This document shows positions 33,566-46,400 of a stretch of 64,000 nucleotides of DNA, piece after piece. Position 1 is the stretch's first letter. Each line of letters starts with the position of its first letter. Under the pieces are notes generated by a model, which was not told the DNA's origin, did no database searches, and saw only the letters and a list, made by a program, of their open reading frames with translations. The stretch comes from Obrimoposthia wandeli. Lineage: Eukaryota. The stretch lies in NCBI GenBank assembly GCA_977020255.1, contig CDROCS010001054.1, forward strand, positions 496,001 to 560,000, written 5' to 3'. The position numbers and the translations under genes are program-made.

Positions 33566-36236
33566 TGTAGCCTATGAAAGATGTTGAGAACAATATAATT
33601 CAAGGTAAATTTTACGAATAAGAACTTCAAGTAATATCAAATAAACTTAACGTTTACCCTATTCCAAATATTAAAATCTAAGGGTACTGGTAAACATAAA
33701 CAATACTTTGTTAAATGATATGCTTATTCAGATCTTACTTGGATATCAGCATCGAATATAATATGAAATCTTTGTATATGGTTTTACCTAATAACATATG
33801 TCCAAAGACAGCCAAATAAGGATGCTAGTAGCTTTATTATCGATGTGGAAAATCCTACAAATCTTCAAGATTGGGAAGCACCTTTTACAGAATTTTCTTT
33901 TTTATTATTCTCTAATAAATATCAGAAAAACTCACAAACTTACACTGAACTAAATTAAAATTCATAAATATTTATTAACTAAATAAAATTATTACATGTT
34001 TTTTCTACAATATAACAGTTCTATTTTTGTAGATTTTTATTTATGAATCAACTACTCTGTAAATAAGCACTGTAGTAGGATGTGTTTAAGTGGCATTGAA
34101 TTTAATTTCTATGCGTAAACTTCCATCTTTTGGTAGTTGGTATTGATTTATGCCAAGTCTGGCGCCAAAACAAATGTAAAGAATGAACAGTGGCATTTAA
34201 AGTCATTAAAAGAAATACCATCATTTATATTTTTTCTAGTTAGCCCAAATTTCGAATAACAGATTTCAAATAAGCCACGGCATAAGCGTTCCTTTCAAAA
34301 TATATTTTATAGTTTTCGCGATAATAACTATTTCTTGAAGTGTCACTGAACCCACATTTAGATTATCAAACATTTTAAATCTGTCGTATAGGTTAGCAGT
34401 TTTATGAAATTAAATAAAAACGAATTTGAGTAATATCACATTATCAAACTTTTTCACTTATTTTCTCGGATTTCACTCATTGAATGGTAATTATGAAATG
34501 TCATCTTCTATTCTTCCTTTATAATTTATATTTACGAATTTCATTAAACTTAAATTGTTTTATATAAATTCTTCTTTATATATGTATGAACTCGTCATTT
34601 GATGGCATATTTCTTGTAAATATCTTGCAACCTTATTATAATTGGATGCTTGAAAAATAACATATTTTTATCAATCGAATTCAATTTTTTTTAAAAAAAT
34701 TTTAAATGGTTTAGTTATATTAACCAATGCGATTTATGTCTTTGTTACAAATTAGTATAAAAGAATGTGCCATTGACGAACAAATCATTATAAATGCATT
34801 TATATCAAAGGGAATTATCAATGATGGAAGATAGCCAACAAATACTGTGCAATGATAAAGATTTAGAAATATTTGAAGATTCAGATAAGAATATGTATAA
34901 ATAAGTGAAACAATATTTCAAGTACAAAGTCAGATTCTTGAAGAAAGTTCAACTAATTGCTTCAATAAATTTTGTGGCAATTGAAAGAAGAAAGTTTATC
35001 TATTATCTATCAAATATTCCTAAACTATATTTTCAATATGTTAAACCGAAAGTGGAAAAAAACAGTTCCAAGTTTTACATTCAATAAGAACGAATTTTAT
35101 ATCTGAGGAGCTGATGCAGCATCTTTAGATGAATATGGAAGAGACATATATGTTGACGCGTTTCTGAAAAAGAAGCAATGGACTATCACAATTTGGCTTT
35201 ATGGTTACAAGAAGGATGAAATTATAACAAAGCTACCTATGTGGCAAATTGAATGTGCTCATATCCCTATTTCTTTAAACTATTTCTTTTCTTTCATGTT
35301 ATTTTATTTTTAACATGTTTCTTTTATTTGTATATTTCTCCATGTAATAAACTGTAATCAGTTTTAGGGTTTTTAATTCAGTTATTTGGGAAAATATAAA
35401 ATTCATGTTATTTTATATATTTATTTTTATAAACATTGTTTTTTAATCAGTTTCTTTATTTTATAATGGATCCTCTTCTGAGATATGCAAGACATTTTTA
35501 TTTTCCGAAAATAATTTCAAAAAGAAAACCATGTAATATATTAAAGAGGCATCAAAATATACCTGTTATAAATCCTGTGAAATTATCAAAAGTCAAAAAT
35601 AAATATTTATCAAAATTTTAACTACATTTGAAATTGAACAATTCAAAAATATTTTGAGATTTTACATACCTGATTATGTATACGAAGGAAATTCTTTTCA
35701 GCTTGAAACTGATCCCACCCTGGCTTTTAGATACGACCTTTGTTATTTGATTGTTCCACTTTTATACGAAGAAATATGTCTTAATATGGCTTAATGAATA
35801 TTATGATGCTGCCAATAAAAATACAACCTCTTTGGACTTTACATGAAGCTAATATAGTGTTTAATATTTTTATTCAATGTATTAAAATTAATTTTTTCTT
35901 ATATATATATATATATTTTTTTTTTCAAAAAAATATATAAGTCTAACCTACATATTTTTGTCCTTCTAACAGGCATAAAAATGTAGTCATTTATTCATAG
36001 AAAATTATCATTTAAAATTTTGTCTACGATAAGTTGATACTGATAAAGTCAATATAGATTCCTGTCGTTTTCAAAAATTTTTTTTTGAGATTCATCTTTG
36101 TAGGTTGGATGTGAAATTCATATACACATGCATAAAATGTCACTCCATACACAAATGCACGATTTTAAAGTACCGGGTACTCCTTCCCTCCGTAGAGGAG
36201 AAAGGCAAGGGGTGGATTATACCGGACACACCTACT
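33566..36236. mobile_element. Rearranged right arm of a Polinton related to A
   Basis: Integrase 3'/penton 5' (+), MCP 3' (-, ~34010-34430), TBP-like exon 1 relic (-, ~34460-34545), the TATA motif, both paralogs (+, 34794-35870) and a terminus ...GGTGGATTATACCGGACACACCTACT at 36236. Confidence 0.88.
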
Positions 36237-37589
36237 GACTAAGATACCGTTGAAGGTTAATTCGACAGCCTAACAAACATTTACCAATTGTTTGTTTGAT
36301 GATGGGCTTAATTCATGTTTATAAATGTTAAATTAAGAAAATGAGAATCAGCAAAATAGCAAAATATTGAATTAGCTATTCAGGCCGAATATTGTATATG
36401 TGAACTTTAAAGTTCTTGAATGTTGGACAATTGGCTATGGTCAGTGTGCTTGATTGGTTGTGTGTGATATCTGGGTTTTAATTTGTTGTTTATTTATTTG
36501 AAAATCTCAGTTTTATTGTTGTAATGGTAAAAAGACTAATTATGTTACCTGTGTGAATCTTTACGCTGGATTCTGCATCCTAATGTTAGTAAAGCAAGGG
36601 CAGCAATGAATCCAATTAACTTTGAGAACACCAGTTTATCCTTGTACTTTAATTAAAGGAACATATCATAAAGGATGTCAATTTACCTCTTTACTAAAAC
36701 CGTTTTTTCGAATGTAGTTCATAATATTTGTTCTTAAAATTATAATTTATTTATTAATAACCTTTCTGATGTTTATTGTCGAGATAGGTGAGGTGTATGA
36801 CTGCATATAACTCACCTTGTTTATCAAATATTCACTTTTAAAACTGAATTAAAAATTTTCCTATAATTTCTCTTCTGAGACAGCAGATTATATAATTCAC
36901 TCTAATTTCTCTTGTTTTCCTAATTTCCACACATATATCGAATAAGCCCAGCTTATCAATAATTTACCTTTAGAACATATGTTAGATTAGGAAAATCAAA
37001 ACTAAAATAAATAATATACTTATTTATAAGAGGATTTTAACTTTAAAACATTCAAGATTATAATAAAATTAAAATAAAAAATATTTTAAAAATGAGTTTT
37101 TATGTTATTATAAATAAATGAGACCTTAAAAAAGTCGTAAGAGATGAGTATAAAATGCTTTCGAACATATATTGAATAAACACAAATTTTCAATAAATCA
37201 CTTTAGGACAGTTATGACCTCTAATTCATCATAATTTCTCTTCTGAAACTCATACATAGTGGATATAGCAAAATTTTCGTTTCTAAAGCTCATATTTAAT
37301 ATATTGTTAGGATTAGGTTTTGAATAATTTTGAAATAAATAATTGTTAATACCAAAATAAAATCCTCGAAAGCAAGGTTAAATATAGAATAAAATTAATT
37401 ATAAAAATTAAAATAGAATTTTAAATATTTAGGACCATGAAGGTCATGTTTAATGCGTAAGTATATAAAGATATTAAATCTATTGAAAAGGGCCCCAAAA
37501 AAGGAATTTATCCAGAGTACGCAGATTAAATTAGAAGACGGGAAAAGAAGATTAATTAAGAAGGCTAGAGATTCAGAAAAGAAAGTTAA

Positions 37590-38954
37590 TTGATTTGGCG
37601 TGGGACAATCACAGCCGTCATCATCTGGAAGAAAGCCAAACACCGAGCATCAGCGACTAATTGATTTTAGCCAAGCGTCGAGCCGCAGCGAGCGTATACC
37701 GAGTCACCTTTGGAACTCTAGGAGGATCACTAATTGACTGACGTGGGATCATCACATCCGTCATCGTCCTGTCTGGTGGTAAGTGCTTCGATTAAAGTAC
37801 TTTACTTAAAATCGTTGCAGGAGATAAAGTTAAAAATACAAAAAAGAAAAGACACTTGCCAAGCAGCCAGAGTTGCTCGTAATCAGAAGAAAATCAGCAC
37901 TTATTTGGATCGGAAGTAAGTGCTTTTATTAAATTGCTTTACTTAAAATCGTTACAGGAGCTAAAGTTGAAATTAACTAGAAAAGACAGAAATTAAAGGA
38001 GAGATTACAGAACTCGTAGATAAAATCCGAGAAACAGAAAGTAGAACTCGCAGCGAAGAAAAGGGATCTCTCAAAAATAAATTAAAGGAGAAATTACAGA
38101 ACTCGTAGATAAAATCCGAGAAACAGAAAGTAGAACTCGCGGCGAAGAAATTGGATCTCTCAAGAATATAAGGCCACGGACTCGAGGGCTATTTTATTTG
38201 GACAATTACACAGACTGAGGAACGAGAAGCCGAGCAGGAACCGATCGAGACCGGAAGCAAAGGCCTATTCGGAGGAAGGTGAGAATTGTGCAACATAAAG
38301 TTGTTATTACTAATCTGAAAAATATTGATTTTGTTATTTATCTAAAAGACATAAAGTTATTATTACTTATCTGAAAAATATTGATTTTGTTATTCGTCTA
38401 AAAGACATAAAGTTGTATTACTAATCTGAAAAATATTGATTTTGTTATTCGTCTAAAAGACATAAAGTTGTATTACTAATCTGAAAAATATTGATTTTGT
38501 TATTCGTCTAAAATACATAAAGTTGTATTACTAATCTGAAAAATAATGATTTTGTTCTTCGTCTAAAAGACATAAAGTTGCTAGTACTAATCTGGAAAAT
38601 ATTGATTTTGTCATTCGTCTAAAAGACATAAAGCTAATATTACTAATCTGAAAAATATTGATTTTGTTATTCGTCGGAAAAAAATAAAGTTATTATTACT
38701 CTCTAAAATCAATCCCTATTTTTAGAGCAACTAGCTCTTTGGAATCAACCCATAAATTAGAGCAAGGACTCTAGTAAACAAACAACCCTAAAATAAAATC
38801 GATACGTGGATCATCCCCACTTGTGTAAGGATTTTGTGCAAAGTAACTAAGATTAGTATTGCAGTTCTTAGCACGTGTTAAAACGTAAATTCGTGTGTTT
38901 TAGAAATAAAGATTTCCTACATTAAACCGTGTTGTACCGAACCGAACCCTTACA
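37590..38954. repeat. LTR-like/unclassified repeat with internal direct and tandem repeats
   Basis: GC-richer block, an ~87-bp direct repeat (37990-38160) and AATAAA followed by ...CCCTTACA at 38954. No 5' end or TSD was confirmed. Confidence 0.3.
38293..38700. repeat. ~55-bp tandem repeat, ~7 copies
   Basis: Unit approximately CATAAAGTTGTATTACTAATCTGAAAAATATTGATTTTGTTATTCGTCTAAAAGA. Confidence 0.92.
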
Positions 38955-40484
38955 AGCAAGTAGTTGTCAACTACTCCACATACAACACCACACTAAGAGA
39001 ATTTTGCAATAACCATATACACAGCTCTTCACACATTTCGCAACACCTGGCCATAATAATCCTTCAGATACAAATTGAGATAGGCAAGAATAACTTAAGT
39101 AGGCCACAAACAACTACAAGTCCTGCTTCTATAGAACTCACGTTGGGGCCTATAGCAGAGGATCTATATCTGAGAAGTTTCATATAGAAACCCCAACAAT
39201 ATCTTAATATATTTAATATATTTTAAACTGATTGACTAACTATAAATTAATCTTTTCGTTCTACATTTACTAGTTTTTCTCAATCAAATTTAGATGAAAT
39301 ATTATAAGTCTTAGTTTACAAATGATTTTTGAGGTGATGAATAGAAGAATCTATTAATCCTCCATAATTTCACTTTTGAAACAAAGCAGATAAATCCAAT
39401 TGATACTTCTAAGTCATAACCTATTCTTAACATTAAATATGCATCAAATCTGAGTAGATATAATAAGAACTGATTGACTTAATTAATCAACAAGTTTTCT
39501 CATGACTTTAGAAGAGACATATTATTGAGCAGGTAAATTAGTCAGATCAAATATTGATAATAAAGAAATATTTACAGATATTAACTGATATTTCAGTGAT
39601 CTCATACATTTAATGAAGTTACTACTGATAATTATGAATAATTACCCTAAAAGCTCTAACACTAACTTCTAACCTCTAATACTCTAATAGAGTCTAACCC
39701 TACCCGATAATAATCTAATTCCAAACCCTACTATGTATTATCTCTTCTCAAAATTGCCAATATCAAATCTCTAAATTATACTAAATTATATAGGAATTTT
39801 CATACTTGTGACTATGCACATTATGGATAATTTCACATTAGTTTTCGAACATTATAATATCAACGACATTTTAATAAAATGCATGAAAAATATATGCATT
39901 TTATCATAGTCTTATATTGTTAGTATTATATTTATAGATTACAAACATTTAAATGAACTTTTGTGAATATACCTTCTAAACACCAGCAACTTGGAACATG
40001 ATGCCTTATCAGTCGATTTATAATTAAATTCAATAAAAGTAACTTACTTTTAACAACTGGACTATTCTAGTGTAATAACAAAATCTAAGTTTTGAGGATC
40101 TCCACATAATCAATGGGTATTTATGGCATATTCCTTATCATTAATAATTGCCGCATTAATACCTGCAGAAATTACCTCAGTATATTTATGTTTCAATTAA
40201 ATCTCACGCTACCAATTGGATCAATAGTGGTCCTTTATCTTTGATAAATATCGCAAATGCAAATTTTAGGATCATAAACAAAAATACAAACGTTGGATAT
40301 GTGTTAGTTAATAATGTCCCTTAACAATTTTTTCTGTTCCTACTTCAACTTTATTTCAATAAAATTTAATATAATGTATATTACTACAACAACAAAAAGA
40401 AATCAAAATGTTTTATCATTTTTTATTTAGATTAAACTCAAATTTAATGAAAGACAAAATTTATTAAAATGGTAAAATATCACT

Positions 40485-43400
40485 TTAAGATGCCCAATTT
40501 TTCAATTCATCTAAATCATCATCTTCTTTAGTTTTACCTAGAAAATTTAACATTTTGTCATTTATAAATCAATTTATATTAATATAAGCTATACTTTGAA
40601 AATTTACTGGAACTAAAATAATCAATTATTTCATATAAGTGTGACATTTTCAATATATCTGAGATTTTAATAGTTTAATTGATGCTTTAAAAATGAATCA
40701 AACGTAACCGAAACCACAATGGAATTATAATTACACAATTGCTGTTGCCATTGTACTTAATTTGTAGTGAATTTGTAGTCAGAAAGCTAGGAATAAATGT
40801 GTGTACCCTTTCTGAGAGAATATGTGAACGGGTTTGTACGGCATGCGTATTTCCGACCTGCTTCCGATCCGTTTTTATCGTGCACTGACCAACAATTCGT
40901 AATATTTACTGTCTCTTGCGTGGTGAATCGAGTATGTTATCCACAAGCAGGTCTCTTATGTCATCGTATGGAGTTAATGGAGTTTCCGAAAGTAATAAAT
41001 TATTTTTAAAATGATATTTAAAATTTGAATTCTTGTAGGAAGCCAAGGAGTCACCTGTTAAAAAAGGTTTCGCAGCTACATATAAATTACGTCTCATATG
41101 TTATAAAGCGATACACCATAAATTTCAAGTATTGCTTATATTATACAATGTCCTTGAAAATACAAGCATACATTAAAATAAATTAGTTTTACAGTTCTTT
41201 TACATTATATAGTATAATTACATTTCCTCTACTAACTAAACAAATAATTTTAAAATGCAAATATAAATTTATAAATTGTAAATATTTTACAATAAATTTA
41301 CGTAGTAATAAAATGGTCAACATCTTGAGTTCACTATGTTCCAACCCATGAACTGAATAATTTTAAAGCAAAATCTCCTAAGATAATTTATAAATTTTAA
41401 TTTAATTTTATAATACAAAATGAAAAGGATAAATTTTGTATCATAAACGATAAGGAACATGAATAATGGATAATATTCTACCCAGTTTTACATAAATATA
41501 TATATATAGATTTATTATTGAATGCATGTGTGTCGTGTAAACTGCTGAGTTCTGCTATTGCATAACCTGTCATTTCAGATCCCTATTTATTGACCGTACT
41601 TCCAGTTTTATCAACGCGTCCACGATTTACTTCACCGATTTTGTTGAGATACATCTTTAAATGAAGCCCTGTTAAACTTGGCAATTGTAAAATCGTCACC
41701 AAGAAATATCGAAACAGATAAGAGATAAGCAGTCCAAAATGTTGGTTCAAATATACAACGGAAAACGCATGTTTTTTGTAAGTGTCAAATTTCTATAAAA
41801 CATATATAGGTGTAAAGAAAATCTTTAACCTATATAGTATAAATCTATCTCATTAACATTATATATATGATTCAGCATAAACTGCGTATATATTTCTTGT
41901 TGTTTATATATAAAATGTAATCATGTAATATTTTTTTAAATTTAAAACATATTTTGTTCTAAATTTTCCGTTGCTTTATGTTAATCTGTAAATCTGTGTC
42001 ATGCACAAAACAATTCTCACTTTAAACTTCTACTAGTTTTTATTTTATTAACGAATAATGTTTACAAAGCTTTTAATTAGTTTTTAGTTTTTCACTTTTA
42101 CACTCATTTTATTTTATCTCATATTAAATAAAAATGGAGTACACATAAGTCTTAAATTGACCATCAGTTCACGTATTATCAAAAAATATTTAGTCTTGAA
42201 CAAATATTTTAAAATTTTTTTTTGGAATTTTCTTGGGCGCTTTATATGGAATTCACCTGAAAATTTTCAAAAATCTTAGAGTTAAGTCACTCAGTTTTCT
42301 CCTTTATGTTTTATCTTTTCTCGAACCTTTTGAGTTTTGTTTATTGTCTTATTACACTTTGAAAAAAATTTTCTTAAAATTTTGCAACTTATACAATTAC
42401 CTTTATTTTATATATTATTTACATATGTTCGTTCATATATGAATCTGCTTCTTAACTCGTTTATCGTTTATATTACAAATATTTAATTTATAACATATTC
42501 AATTTTCGTTTCTTATGTAAACCAAAAAACTTGACAATTATGGAAAAACTGATAAAAACCAAAAACAAATATATTGAAACGCGTTAAAATATGTTAAAAC
42601 CAGAAAAATGAATTTGAGCCAGTAACTGGTTAAGGTTAACTTTATCTTTGTTTTTAGAGTAATAAATTTTGTAAACATATTTTTTTAATATTTTCGAAAA
42701 ATAAATAGTAATAATTAGGGCATACAAAATGCAACTTTGGCAACTGTTTTCTCCTTTCTAATATTGTATTAGAAAGCTTATGATACAACTTATTTAATTT
42801 TTTGGCTTCATAACAGATTTATTAACGCAACTTTTTGCAATTTTTATCAATAAATGCAAATTTTGAGAATAAATGCAATTTTTGAAAATGATTTTATCGA
42901 AGTCTTTGTATATTTCGTATATTATTTTTTATTATACTATTTTTTAATATTTTTTCTCAGTATACTATTTCATATTCACGAAAAATTGCTTTTAATTTTG
43001 AAAATACAAATTATTTTTTGTTGTTATTTTAATGATATTCATTTTACAGTTTTTTGTCCAGTAATTTATTTGTTTTAATAAAACTTCAACGCGGATTTTC
43101 TATTTTTTGAATAAGGATTATTTTTCATTTTGTTCAGGAATCAATTACATGTAAGCTTATTTATACGTTTGTAAGGTTTAATTTCTTTCAGAGTAATTTT
43201 CAAATTTGCACGATTCTCGGGTTAATATCGCTTTATTTATGCTACTTAAATAATATAAATCTATTTCAAATACATCATATTTTTTAAATCTATTTCAAAT
43301 ACATTTTATAAATATATTTATAATATTAACCCGGTCACATTTAAGTAAGTTTTAATAACTTATTTACTCACTTACCAAGAACTTTTAAATGCCTCGTACA

Positions 43401-46400
43401 TCATGTTCCAAAATATCAAAAGTCCAAAAATATGTGAAAGACCATCCTAAAGAATTTATTGTAACATCAAAAGGAGATTTTTTGTCAATTATGTAACCAA
43501 CTCATCGCGTCTGATCGCCGTTCATCTGTCTTAAAACACCTTTCAACATCGAAGCATGTCAAAGAACTTCATCTAGGCAAACATTCATACCTTCTAGTTC
43601 GACAGCAATGCGATTTCAATAAGAAACTAATACGGGCATGGCATCCCATTACATAAGTTGCGCAACAATGAGCTACGAGAGATTTTCTTATATTTGGGAC
43701 AGCGACTTCCTTCGGTGACTACTTGTCAAACGTATGTACCTTCTCTAGCAGAAGAAGAGACTTTGCGAGTACAATCTTTAATATCTGAAGCTCCTTTTTC
43801 TTGTAGTTGATGAAAGTGACCTTAACGGTAACAAATATTTAAATATACTCATTGGCCATCTTGACTCACCAGAAAAACATATTTATTGATGTGTACACCA
43901 CTAAATGAAAATTGCAACCAATTTACAATTATCCGCGCTGTTGATGATGTTGTAAAGCAAATAAAAACGGATAGATTTAACTTTGTTCTTCTATTAACCG
44001 ACGCTGCTCGTTACATGACAGTATCTGGTTTGGCACTTAAGCACATTTATCCGAAGTTATTCCATGTAACGTGCATTGCTCATTTACTTCACAATTGTGC
44101 TGAAAAGGTCAAAGCATTTTTCTCAAGGGTTGATGAACTTATTGCCAGAGTTAAAGCGGCCACTGTGAAATGTAAGCGTCGACGAAAAGAGTTTTCTTCC
44201 ATATGTTATCCTCCACAACATATTCCCACTCGCTGGGCAACCGGCTAGTAGCTTCATTTTACTATTCCGATAATTTGCCATTTGTTAGGGAAGTTGTAGG
44301 CCGCTGGAAAGGCGATGGACTCATAATCAGTCATGCGATTTCATCTGTCAATGCAGCGAACCTTCCTTGCAATCTGCTTCATATTAAAAGATGTTATGTA
44401 TGCTTGGCAAAATTAGTGGTCAAATGCGAGTTAACTACTTACAGCATTCGGGAAGCTTGAGCTGATCTCCATTATTTAACAGTTCGTCGCTGTTTGGGGT
44501 GCATATTGCACGAATTAATCAAACTTTGAGAATTTCTGCTTTATGACTTTTTAAGTTTGACCATTCTACACATCATATCGGAAAGTCAAACATTTTGCAT
44601 ACTATGAGGAAGCTCAGACATATTTTTATATGTACTGTCGTTTGGGGTGCATTTTGCACCCCAAACAAATATAATGCATTCTTGTTTTTCAATGCAGAAA
44701 TCTGACTCTATAAATTTATTTTAGGTACTGAATATTACTATAGTACTCAACCAATCAATAAGCAATTATTGATTCAACAAGAATGTAGATAGGTATATAT
44801 TGGCAACTCTCATGAGCATTCGAATTAGTTGCATTATTATTTTCAGATTGCATTCAATTATATTTCATTCTCTGCATTTGCAATATGTTGCGTCAACTAC
44901 CACGGAGACTAGCTCGTAATGATGCCAACAGACTGTTGTTTGGCCAAGATATTGATGATGACGCCGACTCTATGCATGATTTATCAGATGATGATGTTGC
45001 AAACAATATCGATCAGAATCTTCCAAATAATGGTGATGGCGATGCAGCCCCTCCCGTTGCTGATGGAGATGAACAAGCCGATGACTTTCTAGATGAAGAA
45101 GTTTTGCACAATTTGTCAGGTGGTGAAAGTGACGAAGATGATGATCCACAACAGCAAAGAGGATTGATTTCTCCCAATGGACAAATATGGACATTGAATC
45201 AACCGGCAGCAGTGGGAAGGCAACCAGAGGCTAATATATTCCGTGGTGTCCAAGGATTTCGTCGTGGTTTGCACCCACGAATCACGATTAGAATCTTTTG
45301 AAGTATTCTTTGACAGTTCAGTTGATTGTGCGATAATGTTTACAAACTTGTATGGTCGCAGATTGGCCCGCGAAAAAGGCGTTGAATGGAAGCAAGTGAC
45401 TGCAAATGAAATGCAAGCATTCATTGGACTTCATTTTCTTGCAGGCGCCCTAAAGGCACATCATCGAGTACTGGAGGAAATGTGGTCGGATCGTGATGGT
45501 CATGCTCTTTTTAGGGCCACCATGAGCTGCCAGCGCTTCAAACAACTGAAGCAAGCATTACGCTTTGACGATTTGAGGATGGATAGGGAGGATCCCCTGG
45601 CTCCCATTCGTACAATTGTGCAATATGTGAATGACAGTCTGGTCTATGCTTATTCGCCAGGCCCATTCATTACTGTTGATGAGCAACTGGTAGAATTCCA
45701 TGGCAGAGTTCGTTTTAGACGTTATATACCTACAAAACCAGGCAAATTTGGTATAGAAATCTACTGGTCCGTGGATGCAGACAACAGTTTCCCACTGCGG
45801 TGTTTAGTATACATTGGTGAGAAGACACTTTCGAGACAAGAGAAAGAAGACTCCCCATCAATTCCGGAAGCCGTCGTCTGGAACATTGCTCGTCCCTTGT
45901 TGAACGAAGGAAGGAACATCACAGGAGATAATTACTTCTCATCTCTTCACCTATGCCAGAGATTGTTGGAACGGCAGACTACATATGTCGGCACAATGCG
46001 ACAGAATAAGCGAGAGAATCCACCATTAGCAAAGACAACTGGACGACACAGGGGTGATAGCATTCACTACTACACTGATGATGCCACTCTTTGCTCCTTT
46101 TGGGACAAGGGCAAAAACCCAGTTTTACTAATTTCAACCCAACATAAAGCCCAACAAAAGCACCCTGATAGAAAACCAGAAATTGTGATCTTCTATAACA
46201 GTACTAAAGCCGGTGTGGACACCCATAATAAATTGAATAGGACATTCTCATCGAAGCGCAAGTGTCGCCGGTGGCCTTACTCGATCTTCTTTTCGTTAGC
46301 AGATAATGTGTGCTATGCTGCCCTGTTGTTATGGAATTCGTCCGAGGTCAACAACGATTCACATTATGCATTCAAAAGAATTGAACAGCAATTGAACGTC

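Noticed and set aside
151-33571. Polinton target-site consensus (TCTGTA versus TCTACA/TGTAGC)
   Set aside because: Too few sites, and other flanks (CGCGTG, GACTAA, GAACGC) do not agree.
38293-38700. CRISPR array
   Set aside because: Head-to-tail 55-bp minisatellite without spacers.
37300-38954. Defined solo LTR
   Set aside because: A plausible ...TTACA end exists, but no matching 5' end with a TSD was found. Kept only as a low-confidence repeat.
40750-41760. Second piggyBac or other transposase relic in CHMP4 intron 3
   Set aside because: Only vague fragments; no TIR, TTAA pair or catalytic motif could be established.
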